A stretch of 43,617 nucleotides of DNA. Source: Reclinomonas americana ATCC 50394. Its lineage: Eukaryota. Where the stretch lies: assembly GCA_048213135.1 (NCBI GenBank), contig PS015014.1, positions 281,787 through 325,403 of the forward strand, written 5' to 3'. A program made the translations under genes and the position numbers. How positions within the stretch are numbered: the stretch's first letter is position 1; each line of letters begins with the position of its first letter. Below the pieces are notes generated by a model, which saw only the letters and a program-made list of their open reading frames with translations, searched no databases and was not told where the DNA came from. Below, piece after piece: positions 1 through 12,220 of the stretch.

Positions 1-2751
1 GAATCGTTGGCCAGCTCAAAACACCGAGCGATGAGCTGCTGGCACTTTTGCGTTCGCGCCGCATTCTCTGTCTCGTCGCCGTACAGTTCGCCAGCTCTGA
101 GCAACGACGTGAGAAGACCATGAGATAAACTGCAGAAAGAAAGCTCAACTCAACTGCTTGAGAAACTCAATGGCCTCCGCCACCAGTCCATCGTTGAACA
201 GACATGCTCCAAAGTTGTAAAAATGAATTCCGAGCATGGTGCGGCACGACTGCTGCTCCAGTAACCGGTGCAAGTGCTCGTCGTTGATGACACACCACAG
301 CCACGCACGCACTTGGTCGACGTGATTCCTGTTCGTGGTTCATAAAATGGTGAGTGATTTCCCCACAAGGAATGCTGGCAGTCATCGACACGCACTTGAG
401 GCGCTGCTGACCGGCAGCCGCCGCATCAGTGTCCACAGGCGCTGGACTGTCCTCTCCAGAGTGCTGCCCAGAGTCATCATCGTCGTCGTCGTCAAACATC
501 TCTGTGTCCTCTTGCGATGCCAGCGCATAATTCAGCGCTCCTTCCCCTCCGCCACTCTGACTGCCAGCGTCCTCTCCGGCACTCCCCTCTGCACACGTCA
601 CATCCACCAGAGCTCCAACGGCATCGAACAAAAATGCCGAAAGCTGCTCGAGCTGTTTTTGCCAGCATGTTAGCTTGTGCATGACTCCGAGACGACTACG
701 AGGTCACTGAACCTGCTCACGCATTGCCTTGTCGGCGGTGGCTGAGGAGGCCAATGCCGCACGATAGGCCTGAACGGCACATTCCAACAGCATGCTTAAC
801 CGGCGGCGATGTGTGGCCGATTGCATGCGGATGCACTGCTGGGTGGCCTTTCGTACCGAGCCGCCCATGTAACGCACGACACCGCGGAAAACCTTGCACA
901 GCAACTGCGGAACCTCATCCCGACTTGCACCGCTGTCGATTTCGCTGCACAGCTCACTGAAGGCGGTGATCAGCGGTTCGAGACGCTCAACTGCACACGC
1001 CATGGATGAGTGGAAATGAGAAGAAAGTTGTGACCAGCAAAGCAGCGGGTGACAAGATTTTGCGCACTTGTGGCCTCACACTCATCCACGCTGTCGTCCA
1101 ACGATGACCCGGTCAGCTCCTCCAACGTGACCGCCAGTGACCATATCAGTACGCGCGACTACACATCACACACATGTAAGCAAAACATGTCGTTGCTCCA
1201 GTGTTGCTCCCGCCTGCACCACGCAACATCAGTGCCGAGCCCCTCCACCCAATTCTGCCAATGGGAACTGCTCGAGGCGCTTCTCCACACGGTACTGGCG
1301 TGCTCGAGGCAGCGAAGCATGGGCATGACAGTGGTGGGAACCGCAGACAACAGCGGCTGACCGAGTTTGAAAAGCTGATCGTAAAACGCAGCACACACGC
1401 TCCACACTGCGCATTGGATCTGGTCAGTCACACGAAACGAATCATAATGAGACACACCCAGACACGCACCGGCGGATGTGGCCGGCGCCTTTTGTGTCAG
1501 AAAGAGGGCGTACTTGAGACCCTGTTCGAAGAACACAGGGTCGGTGCCCTCTGAGTTGCCCGCCAGCACATGGTCGACGTGAAACTGCAAGCCGAGCAAG
1601 CGAAGGCGAGCGGGTAAAGGGAGCACTGGAACTGCGTCGCCTTTCCGCCGCTTTCCACCGCCGCTCTTGCTACTGCTTGCAGTCGACGACGCGGGTATGG
1701 CAGGAAGATCTGCACACGCGTCGGAGGCTGAGGCACACTTGAAAGCAATCCTAAACATGGCGTCCAACTCGCGCATGCTGTCGGGAGAGCCGGCGGTTCT
1801 TGAACGCAGTTGCAGCCATTCGGCGGCCTGCATGAGAGCAGTCTCTGCAGCCGTAAGGTCGTCAGGAGTTGCTGCACCGGCTGCGGCCTTGGCCCACTGC
1901 AGAAGTGCAGTCACGACCAGAGCGCTGTACGAGTTGGTGTCCGTGACCGCTGCGTCGTCATCGAAAGAGAGTGAGTGAAGCAGACTCTCTCTTCCCTTTC
2001 GCCTTCCCCCCTTACCATTCGCTCCTGCTCTCTGCAGGTCACCACCACGCACACTAGCGAGTAGGGCGCATGCGTGTTGACTGCAGTCCACGCGCTCATC
2101 GCCGGCGTCCGTGCATCGTGCCGACAAGTTGATCCACAGCTTCGCCACATCCAGCGCATCCAGCTTGGTGTGCTCTCGCCACTCCGTCAGCAACGCCAGC
2201 GAGCGGCGTGTGATGTACAAGAGTGCTGCCATTCTACTCTTGCCGGCTGCGAGAAACGCATGTCAGTGACTTTGTCAGCGCACGACGCGGAAACAACACG
2301 CCCCACCTGCCGAAGCCGCCACTGCCGTCTTTCCCCATTCAGCCACTCCGCGCAGGCACCCCTGCACAACCTTGAGCAACACCGACGCAACCTCGCTGAC
2401 CAGCGTCCTACACAGCGTCATGTGAGTGGTCAACTTCTCACGTACACACTGACAGTCGATGCTCAACTTGCGCGCCCGCGCGTCGTCTTGAGAGGCGGCC
2501 GAGTGCTGCTCGGCGGCATCGAGAAGCGAGTCGAAGGGCCCACAGAGCGATTCGACATCACCGGGCTCCTTGACGAGTCGGAGCACACTGTCGAGTGCGC
2601 GACCCCGATTCTCCGCATCACCGAGCGAAAGAGTTTTCCGCGACAGTGATGACGATGAAGACGAGGAAGATGATGATGATGACGACGATGGTGCTGCTGC
2701 TGGCAGGGCGTCTACGTCACAGCTCTTGCCTTTGCCACGGCGTTGCGCCAT
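1..2751 (-). CDS. Multi-exon protein of unknown function (predicted helical, Ala/Leu-rich); 3' end runs off the window
   Basis: ATG at 2751 (MAQRRGKGKSCDVDALP). Long minus-strand ORF blocks (2275-2751, 1159-2232, 704-1003, 167-682) are separated by short GT..AG segments. No family motif recognised. Confidence 0.6.
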
Positions 2752-2834
2752 CGTTTCCCTCTTTTTCTCACACAATGTGACAATTGGCGCGAGTAACGGT
2801 CGACAGGACACCTCGAAGTGCAACACAAATTGTT

Positions 2835-4650
2835 TTATTGAGGAACGTACCCGAGGAACCTATTTAGTGAAGGTCGACGGTCTTGTCCGTCTCGGCCGTG
2901 CTGATTCACGGCCACACTTAATGCGGAGCTGGCCGACGAAGCCGACGAATCGGGTCGTGGCACATCGAGGTGGTGATCGACGCCACCGCCCCCTGCTGCG
3001 GCTGCTGCACCTGCAACGTCATGGATTGCGCTGCCATAGAGAGGCTGCAGAAGAAAGAATTTTAGGCACCTGGCACAGGGATTCGGGCCCCCCAAGAAAA
3101 CAAAGACAGCGGTCACGAAACATTGACATTGTCATCGTTGGCATCGTCCCATGCTACCACGCGCTCCGCTTGCGCCACATCTTCGACAGCCGCGCGGCCG
3201 CCACTGGATGCTGATGCACGATCGTCCAGCTCGACTCCTTGTTGCTGATCCTGATCTTCGGGGTCGGCGACCGAGTGTGGGTGCGAGGCATCACTGAGTT
3301 CGTTATCGCTCTCGTCGAGTTCATCTTGCAGCACTTGCTGGAGTCGGTATCGTGCGCGCTGGTTCGCGTCCACCAACGACCCAGAACGGCCGTGCGGCGC
3401 AGATGCGAGTCGCGCCAGAGCCGGCGACGATGGAGAAGACGGCAGGGGCACAACAGCCGCCGACGCAGCCATTCCAGCGACGGCCGGCGACGCTGCCGAC
3501 AGTGGTGACGGGTCTTGGACCACCGACGGCAACGCGTATGAGGGTGACGACAGTGCATCGTGCAGCGCAGGCGACGACCCGCTAGACACGAGTGAGGCGG
3601 CAATGGCCGCGCGAACCTCCGCATTGTTGAAGTCGGCGTCGTCGTCCAACTCGAGGTCGGTGAGCGCACGTGGACGCGCAGCCGCTGATTGTGCGCCGAG
3701 GAATGCACCACCGATGGGCGGTGCAACGTACACCGGCAGCCGCGGTACGGCCATGTCGCCGACTGTCGCCTGAATCTCGGCCAACTCGGCAGGGCTCGCG
3801 TTGTCGCGATCGGCAAAACCGCGTCGCACACGACGCAGATAGCCCGGCACCTCGTCGCCAACCTGCGCAGGCGGTGGCAACGGTGCCGCTGGCTGACGAG
3901 CAGCGCCCAGATAGTATACGCCGGTGTTGTGCGCTCGCTCAGCGGCCGACTTTTGGCTGCGGCGTCGGTGTCGTCGCACGCACACGACAATCACCACAAT
4001 CAGGACGATGAGAGCGACACCGCCACCGCCGGCGGCACCTGCAATGAGAGGAATGCTGATTCCACTGCTGCGGCTGGTGGTCGTGGAGGTGGAGCTATTG
4101 TTCGAGGAGGCTGCACGGCATGCGCGTGTGTCAGAGACAGAAAGAAACATGATGAAGCGAAATAGACAAGGATGCGCACAATCGTTGCTCGGCGGGCTCG
4201 AGCCAGCAGAGGGATCGGAGGGAGTCGGGCTGGTGGGTGTGGTCGGTGTGGTCGGTGAGGTGGGTGTTGACGGCGTCGATGGCGTGGAAGGTGTGGAGGG
4301 CGTGGATGGCGTGGATGGTGTGGAGGGCGTCGATGGAGTTGACGGAGCCGGGACGACGGCCAGGGTGGAGGCAGACTGCGACGGACCGAAAGGACCCGTA
4401 CCACTCGAATTGACGGCTTGGCCGCGGAACTGTGAAAAGATCGACACGCTTCCTTGTTGGCGCCGCATGGGAGAGGCATACGCAGACATGGGGAAGGCGT
4501 CTACTCACGTAGTACGTGGTTCCAGATGTGAGGTTTGGCACCGTTGCTGTGACCGACGCCGAAGCACGCGCAGTGATATCACCGCGGCTGCTCCGGGTGC
4601 CCGTGGTCTGTGTGGGAGTGACATTGACTAGTCCGAGGCTGTGCGCGCGC

Positions 4651-4686
<36 letters not shown>

Positions 4687-7600
4687 AAGAAACATATGAT
4701 CAGAGGATTGGGTGGGATANNNNNNNNNNNNNNNNNNNNNNNNNNNNNNNNNNNNNNNNNNNNNNNNNNNNNNNNNNNNNNNNNNNNNNNNNNNNNNNNN
4801 NNNNNNNNNNNNNNNNNNNNNNNNNNNNNNNNNNNNNNNNNNNNNNNNNNNNNNNNNNNNNNNNNNNNNNNNNNNNNNNNNNNNNNNNNNNNNNNNNNNN
4901 NNNNCTGGTGTTTCCTGTCTCACGCCCCGAGCTACCAACCGTTGACTGCGTAAGTGATTGCGTCCGTGGGCTGACTGAACACGGCAGACTTTGCGCGCAC
5001 TCGCAGGTACATGGTGCTGGAGGCTGCAATCCCGCTGATATTGACCGACACGGACGTCGTCGAGGAGGTCACTTTGGTGCTGCCGGAGAAGTCGGCGGCC
5101 ACAGCATACTCCAACTCGTACGTCTCCGTCAATGACTGCGTGTAGCGAGGTGGTGAGCGAGTGCGTCACAGACGAAATACACGATTGACATGTGAGTGTA
5201 CCAGCGATGCCGTGCGATACGAGGCTTGCCAGCCGACCGTGAGAGTGGAGCCAGACAAGTTGCGTACGCACAGAGACAGTGGCCGATGCGGCGCAGATGA
5301 GCTTGTTGCAGCTGTGTTGATATTTTGGAGAAGGTCAGAGACGAGGAAATAGTAAGACAACAGGTGCAGCAACATGCACACACCGGTGGTGACTGCCGTG
5401 GCCACCAGAGACGGTGGTGACTCGCCAAACGAATTGATCGCAATCAAACGGAAGTAGTACACAGTCGAGGGTTGCAGATCAAAGGCCGTCACTGTCATTG
5501 ATCCCGACGAGCGTGTCACAGTCTGGTGTGGTGTCGGCAGCAGATGAGCAACAAAACGACGCTTTGGAGAAGGAGGTGAGGACAAGCGCCGAACACACCA
5601 GCGAGTTCGTGATCGGCGCGAGACCCGTGGCAGGCGGGAACGAAGCCGACGTGGACCATTCCAGTCGATATTTGGTAGGCATGGGCGACAGTGTATCGGC
5701 ACTCGTCCACGTGACATCGGTGGTGGTCGCCGCCGGCTGACGCGCAAAAAAGAAAGAAGAATAACAAACACAAGGTGAGTAACTACACGTTAGGTTGGTG
5801 CACAGCAGTGTTGCGCGGCCTCACCGTGGGCGTCGTGGTCAGCACGGGTGCCGATGGGACCTGACCGGCCACTGGCACCGCCGGACCGACAAAGGCACTG
5901 CGCGAACTAAGGGTGCCGGCATTCGTGTACTCGACCTTGAAGTAGTACGTGGAGCCGGTGGTGAGTCCGGTTACATCAAACGCCATGACACCACTCGCCG
6001 TCCAGCCAGAGTTGTTGGCGACTTGCGACGTGATCAAACTGTTGTCGTTGGCACTCGAGTAAATGTACACGCGACGTGAGGAGAGCGCAGTGTACAATCC
6101 GCCGGAGAACGACGGCACGGAGGCGACCAGCGTGACTGAGGTGGCGGCGATACTGGCCACTTGCGGGAGCGTAATCGCCGCCGGTGCCACGGCAATGTTG
6201 GCACCGGACACGACCAAACCGAACGACTGCGGCGCCTGCAGCACCTTGGTGGCCACCACACGCACCGTGTAGACGCCCACAGCAGGCGACGTGAGAATCA
6301 CTTTCTCGGCCGTGTTCTGATTATCTGTTGAGCTCTGCGGGATTGAGAAAGAGAGGGAGAGGGAGAGGGAGAGGGAGAGGGAGAGGGAGAGGGAGAGGGA
6401 GAGGGAGAGGGAGAGGGAGAGGGAGAGGGAGAGGGAGAGGGAGAGAGGGAGAGAGGGAGATTAGCAACCGTCGTCGTGCGGTGAAGGGCGAGTGGAGTGC
6501 ACGAAACAGCGTAGCCAAAGAGCTGGTTGCCCGTCTGCAGCAACGCGGCCGAACTGACAGTGGTGCCACTGTACACGGCCAGATCGAGGTCGGCCTGCAG
6601 TGCGGCTCCCGGAAAGTCGGTCCAGCACAGCGCAACGCTGACACTCGCACTGGTGCCGGTGACTGCAAACTGCGCCGTAAATGTTTGTCCCTGCGACAGC
6701 AGCGTCTCCTCGTTGGAGAGCACCAGTGTTCTGCACAATGGTCAGTCAGTCGACCGGTAACAAGCCTATCACGTGAGGAGCGACGCACGAAGACACGGTG
6801 CTTGGGTCGACATTGGAGCCCGTGGCAGCGACGGCCGACATGACATTGTCGAGAAGGACGCGACCAAAGCCTTGCACCGACGAGTTGACCTTGTCGGTGA
6901 GCGTCGAAATTGAAATCGGCGAGTCTGTGCGACCGCAGGTGAGCGCACAGTTTACAAAGAAAGAGGTGTGCTGCTGTCGGAACGCACTCTGATTGCAGCA
7001 AGTGCCGGAGATGCGCACAGCCGAGTTGATGAGCATGGCCTTGATGAGTGCGGCCGAGGGTGTGGCAATGGCCAACGACGACGCGCCGGTGCTGTCGGCC
7101 GAGAACGGGTACTTGGTACGCAGCCACTGCCGCACAAGTGCTGATGCGGACACAAACGGGTGAGAATTTGCACACACACATAGGGAACAAAAGGACGACA
7201 ATAGTAGGCAACGCACAAGCGGCACCAGCAACACCCGGCGTGGCCATACTCGTGCCTGCGGCGAGAGGGAAAGGATGAGAAAAAGTGGGCTGCTCGAATG
7301 TCTCACATCGGCAATACGTACCCTGCAGCCCGGTCGTGTGATTCGCCACATTCGTCACTGCGATGTGAGGTGCACGCAGTGAGCAGGAGAGTAGATAGAC
7401 AACGCCCTTACGAACATCAGCACTGCGTACCATCGGCACGAACACCAGTGCCACATATGTCGGAGCCCGGAGAAGTGGACTGTGAGAGAGCGGAAAACAA
7501 AACGCCCCTGCGCGGCAGACGTGTGTCAGTCACAGCTGACAATGCACAAGGGTCGACTCGGAACGTGACACGCAACGGACTGACGACGTGGACGCCAAAT

Positions 7601-10043
7601 CGGCCTTCCGGAGTGGGACCTGCGAGGCGAGTCAGATCTCGCTCGTTTCAGTTTCGCGTGCGACCGAGTGCGTGCACACACCTCGTGATGAAAAGTACAT
7701 CATGTTGCTGGCGAGGGTTTTCCAGTTCGTTGCACCCACACTCAACACGTTCTTTGCCGACGCTTGCGAACTGCACGGGAAAAAGAGTCACTCAATGTAT
7801 CTCGCGCGGACACAGTGGCGACAGTCACGCAACGAGACGGAGGAGGTCTTTGGGCCCGAGTTACCAGCCGCGAAAATCACCAGCGTATCCTACAATTCAA
7901 ATGGGGGTGGCGTGGGTACAACGTTGGATGCACAGAAAGGGAGGCTGGCGGCACCACGCACTCGATTGTCCCAGGCGAATTCATCCAAGTCGGTGGACAT
8001 GGAGTCGTACGAGCCGGCGCCGCCGCCCCACGAGTTCGAGATGATGGTGGCGCCGCTGGCTCGCATCACCGACAAGTACGCAGCATTCACATCCACCGGC
8101 AAGTACAGCGACGACTGTGGTAAGCAAAAGACGGTGAGCAGGCAATACCACCTCTACACCTGGAGGCGGGGCGGCGGTCTCACCGACGATGACGGGCACA
8201 CAGAGTTTGTCATAAACAAACAGTCGCACTGAATGGTCGAGGGGCACTGGCAGCCGCCAGGTTGCATGCACCCCACGTCGTAGAACATGATGCGTGCTCC
8301 CGACGCGACGCCGTTGTAGGACGCCAGTGCGGGGGCCGACGACACGGCAGCACCGAGTGCGGTGCCAGACTGCACAGGGACAGCGATGGATGAGCCCGCC
8401 GGTGACTCGAGCATATACACGACAGTGTACGCAACAACATGAGTGCCGTGACCGCCTGTGATGCCGTCGACCGAGTCCATGAAATTAAAGTAGCCCTTGA
8501 CTTTGCGATGTGTCGACGAGAACACGGTGGACACGGAGTTGGAGTACGAGATCGATGTCGACGAGTCGTAAAAGTAGCAGGATCTGGAGAGAAAAAGGAA
8601 AGGGTCACAGTGAGGCGCGCGGGAGAAGAAGAAGAGACTGCAACGAGACGAACCCAGTGTCGAGGCCGGAATCACCAACACCTGTCGAAGACATGGCGCG
8701 CGTGTTATGGTCACGCAATGGTTTTCCTTCGAGGTGCATCAGCAGCGTACTCACCTATGACCTCGCTGGAACCGGTGAGCACGCTCGAGTATGGCGTGGA
8801 GCCGGAGACATTGGTTTGAATCACCCAGCGCAAGTCTGTGTTGAAGTTGGAGACGATTCGCCGTTCCTACAATACACCACACACACACATTGATTGAGCA
8901 GCCAGCACCGACAATCATGTTGAAGGCAGCTGCGTACGCACATGCACGACAATCACGCGCGGGTGTGCCTCAAAGGGCGCAACCACCGCCGTCAAGTCCA
9001 CATCGGGTGCGAATCCGAAAATCACCCACGATCCACCGGCCACGGCCCAGCGACGAACTGCATTCGTGGTAGGTGAGACAGGCGGCGCACCCCGATCGGC
9101 ACCACGACAGGCGCACACACCTTCGATATTGCTGGCATGGAGCGCCTCGACAATCTCTGCTGCGAATTGCTCGTACAGTGGATCGAGTGTATCGGCCGCC
9201 ACATGCGCCTGCACCAGCAGCGCCGGCACTTCCTCTGTCTCCGACTCTGCACTCGTGGCAAGGGCTGTGCGAGGGAGTGGTGAGCGGCGAAGCACAAGAT
9301 GAGCAAGAAGAAAAAGGTGTGGCGTGACGAAACATTGCCGTCGTCGCATACGATCGGCCAGGTGCGTCGACACGCGACTGGGCACGACTTTGCTGTACTC
9401 GGCCACCCACACCGACGAGGCCAACCGATCGCGAATACGGATCATGGCCTGCCAGGGCCCGTACACCAAAAACGCATTGTCCGGCACATGAATCACCGTG
9501 AAGCGGCGATCGGGAGCCACATGACCCAGTGGATCCATCTGCGCGCACTGTTAGTAAGCCACCGGCAGACAAAGAAAGGAAAAAGCAACACCACTTGAGA
9601 AATCGAACCTCGCGCAGCACATTTACAATAGAGCGTCGTGTCTCCAGCGACACTTGCGCGCCCACCAGCGACACCAAGTACAGTCGCCGCTCAGTCAGCG
9701 ACTGTCGCGTGGTCTCCACTGCAGTGGCCAGTGCCGATGGCACCGCCGACGTGTCCACCACATGACCAGTGGCCGGCAGTCGAATGAACCGCTGGGATCA
9801 TCATATCACAAAACATGATGAGAATTGTTACTGACCATGGTTCTCTCATGCACTCACCTGCCCATCATCACTGCTGCGCGCAACATCAGCAGTGTCGCTG
9901 TCATGATCGTCATTGTCTCCTCTCGCAAATGGGTGTGAGGAGGATGAGACTGCTCTCGCAGACACCATGCTCACTGTTGCGATGATCATCAACGTGACGA
10001 CGAGCAGTGTCAGTCGCGACCATCGTGGTGGCTTGGGACGCAT
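2835..10043 (-). CDS. Type I membrane S8 subtilisin-like serine peptidase (KP-43/TagC-like) with FN3 repeats, PST mucin-like stalk, TM helix and cytosolic tail; about 20 introns
   Basis: Hydrophobic N-terminal signal (LTLLVVTLMIIATVSMV). Spliced catalytic motifs: GVGDSGLD, GHGTHVSGT, FAAGNSG, AKNVLSVGA, FSSRGPTPEGR, GTSMATPGVAG, PSAALIKAMLINSA, QGFGRV. KP-43-like C-domain (ALCWTD..DLDL). FN3 signatures (VTGLTTGSTYYFKV, LQPSTVYYFRLIAINSFGES). PST repeats and TM helix IPLIAGAAGGGGVALIVLIVVIVVCV followed by RRHRRR. Confidence 0.9.
4215..4350 (-). repeat. Coding tandem repeat (Pro-Ser-Thr)n, mucin-like stalk
   Basis: Translates as PSTPSTPST...PTSPTTPTTPTSPTPS, N-terminal of the TM helix of the S8 peptidase. 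Confidence 0.85.
6350..6460. repeat. (GGGAGA)n hexamer microsatellite inside an intron of the S8 peptidase gene
   Basis: Directly visible tandem GGGAGA array. Confidence 0.95.
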
Positions 10044-10341
10044 GTCTGACTCTGATGGGCGGAGGCAAGGGAGAGNNNNNNNNNNNNNNNNNNNNGAGAG
10101 AGAGAGAGGCGCGGAATTGCCACTCGTGCGTGCGCGTGTGTCTCACTCAGTCACGTGTGTGCGTGCGTGTGCGCGCGGACTCAGAGTTGACTGCACTCCG
10201 TGTGAGATCTCCGTCGCGGCGAGAAAAAAATCGAGGACATCGGACATAACCCATAACTTCACGCCCCTTCATTCGCAAACATCGTCTCTCCTCCTCCCTC
10301 CTCCTCCACAACAACAAACAACAAACAAAACCACACTCCCC

Positions 10342-11741
10342 TTAAAGCGACTGGTTCTTCTCGACGAGGACACGCACAATGCATCCGAGGCCGGCCTTGT
10401 CGGCGAGCTTCGCGTGCCACTTGAAGAGTTGACTGGCGCTGAGGCCCTTGCTCAGGCCCGCGTAGATCACCTGCGGGGGAGAAGAAGAAGAAGGAGAAGA
10501 AGAAGAAAAGGGGGGTGTCAGCGGAAGGGAGAGACGAAGGGAAAGGGAAGGGGGCAGGAGAGGGGAAGAATTGAGAGGAAAGGAGAAGGAAAGAGAAAGA
10601 GGCGAGGAAATGAAAGAGGCGAGGAGACAAGGGAAGAGAAGAGGAGGACGAGCGGAGAGGACAAGTGAAGAAGAAGAGAAGGGAAGAATGGAAGAGAACA
10701 GAAGAGGGAGGTGGAGACATAGGAGGCAGCAGAGAGGAGAAGAGAGTGGAGGAGAGAGAAAGAGAATGCAGCAGAGAGGGGAAGAGAAGAGAGGTGAGAA
10801 GGGACGGGAAGAGAAGGGAGGAGTAGAGAAGAGAAGAGGAGAGGCGAGAAGAGAATGCAGTGAGGAGAGAAGGAATGACAGAGAAGGGAGGAGAGAAGAG
10901 AGAAGAGAAAGAGAATGCAGTAGAGAGGAGAAGAGAACGAAAGACAGGAAGAGGAAAAATGAAGAAGAAGAGAAGGGAGGAGAACAGAAGAGAAGAGGAG
11001 AGGCGAGTATGCAACATAGATCAATAGAAAGAGAGGCCCAGCATGCAGACTTCCCACTGTGACCGACCTTCATCAACACATCCTGCTCCTCAATCGACAG
11101 ACCATCCAATGCACGATCAATGTCGCTCTCCTTGGCCGCCGCCAGCGCCATCACTACTGCTGCCACTGTCTTCTCCTGCACTCACACGAGATAATAATAA
11201 TAATAATAATAAAAAAAGGCGTGAGTCATTCCTTCTCTCACTCTCGCTTGTTCATGCACACACGGACCTTGATGTCCGTCGACTCGGCGTATGGTGGATT
11301 CGAGAGCAGCACATGCAGCGCCTGACCAATGTCACCACTGCGAAGAGAGAGAGAGTCAATCAATCAACTCCTCCACAATCAACTCGACACATGCGCACAC
11401 ACACATATGATGCTCGCATGTGAGTGAGACAGACGAGAGTGGCAGTGTGCGTGTGCGTGTGAGAAAGAGCAAGTGAGTGAGTGAGAGAGGAAAAACCCCG
11501 AAGGTCATGTCATCACACACACACGCGCACTTGCACACCCGTGCACACACACACAAGCGCTGTCAGAAAGAGCGCACAGAGAGGCACACGCGAGTGCGCA
11601 CACAGACACGTGCGCGAGTGTGTGCGTGTGTGTGCGACATGCCGACTCACTGCAAATAGAAAAAGCCTATCAAAGAGAGTCATGCACTCACCCGCCTGCC
11701 GCCTTGCGCGCCTCTGCCTCTTTTACTCGCACGCCGTCCAT
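10342..11741 (-). CDS. ARPC5: Arp2/3 complex subunit 5 (p16-Arc), 3 introns
   Basis: Spliced product MDGVRVKEAEARKAAGG|GDIGQALHVLLSNPPYAESTDIK|EKTVAAVVMALAAAKESDIDRALDGLSIEEQDVLMK|VIYAGLSKGLSASQLFKWHAKLADKAGLGCIVRVLVEKNQSL. D.LMK.IY.G and L..WH......G.G.IVRVL are ARPC5 hallmarks. Confidence 0.93.
10471..11067 (-). repeat. 597-nt ARPC5 intron that is mostly a polypurine/polypyrimidine low-complexity tract
   Basis: GT(cggt)..AG boundaries. The plus strand is almost only G/A, with a recurring GAGAATGCAG unit. Confidence 0.85.
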
Positions 11742-11774
11742 TAATGCTCGCACTGTGAGAAACACGCGCAGATG

Positions 11775-12178
11775 GGGGTGTTCGAGCATCAGTCACCCTT
11801 GAATTTTTCGCACGGGAACCCTTAAGTTTTCCATGTCACCCTTAAGTTTTTGGCATCCTAGTACGTCATGGATCCCGGGCAGCTGCAGCCTCACCGCGGT
11901 TCAAGTGCCGTCTTGTGTCCACGGATGTGGAGGAATGCATCGTCACAACTCCACTGGCCGCGCGCAGCGCGCGCTCTGTGGACACGAGTCACCCTGTGCT
12001 GAGCTATCGACACCGATGCTGTTCAAGACTCACGTGCTAGAGCAGCTGGCCTTGCTTGACTGTGGAGATCGCGCAAGTCTCACTGTTCTCCAAGCAGACG
12101 AGGAGGAGTGTGCATCTTCTCTCCTGCGGAGATGTTGCGTTTGCGCCAAACTTGTTCAGTAACCACTGCAACTGCACG

Positions 12179-12220
<42 letters not shown>

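Noticed and set aside
8370-8435. Reading the GTTGCG donors as GC-AG introns starting 3 nt later
   Set aside because: This would insert an extra residue into conserved motifs (HGTHV-SG, PFDN2 EH spacing, KRISYWD); the GT junction fits better.
10259-11062. S/L/F-rich and R/E/G-rich ORFs over the GA tract
   Set aside because: Translations of low-complexity intron sequence.
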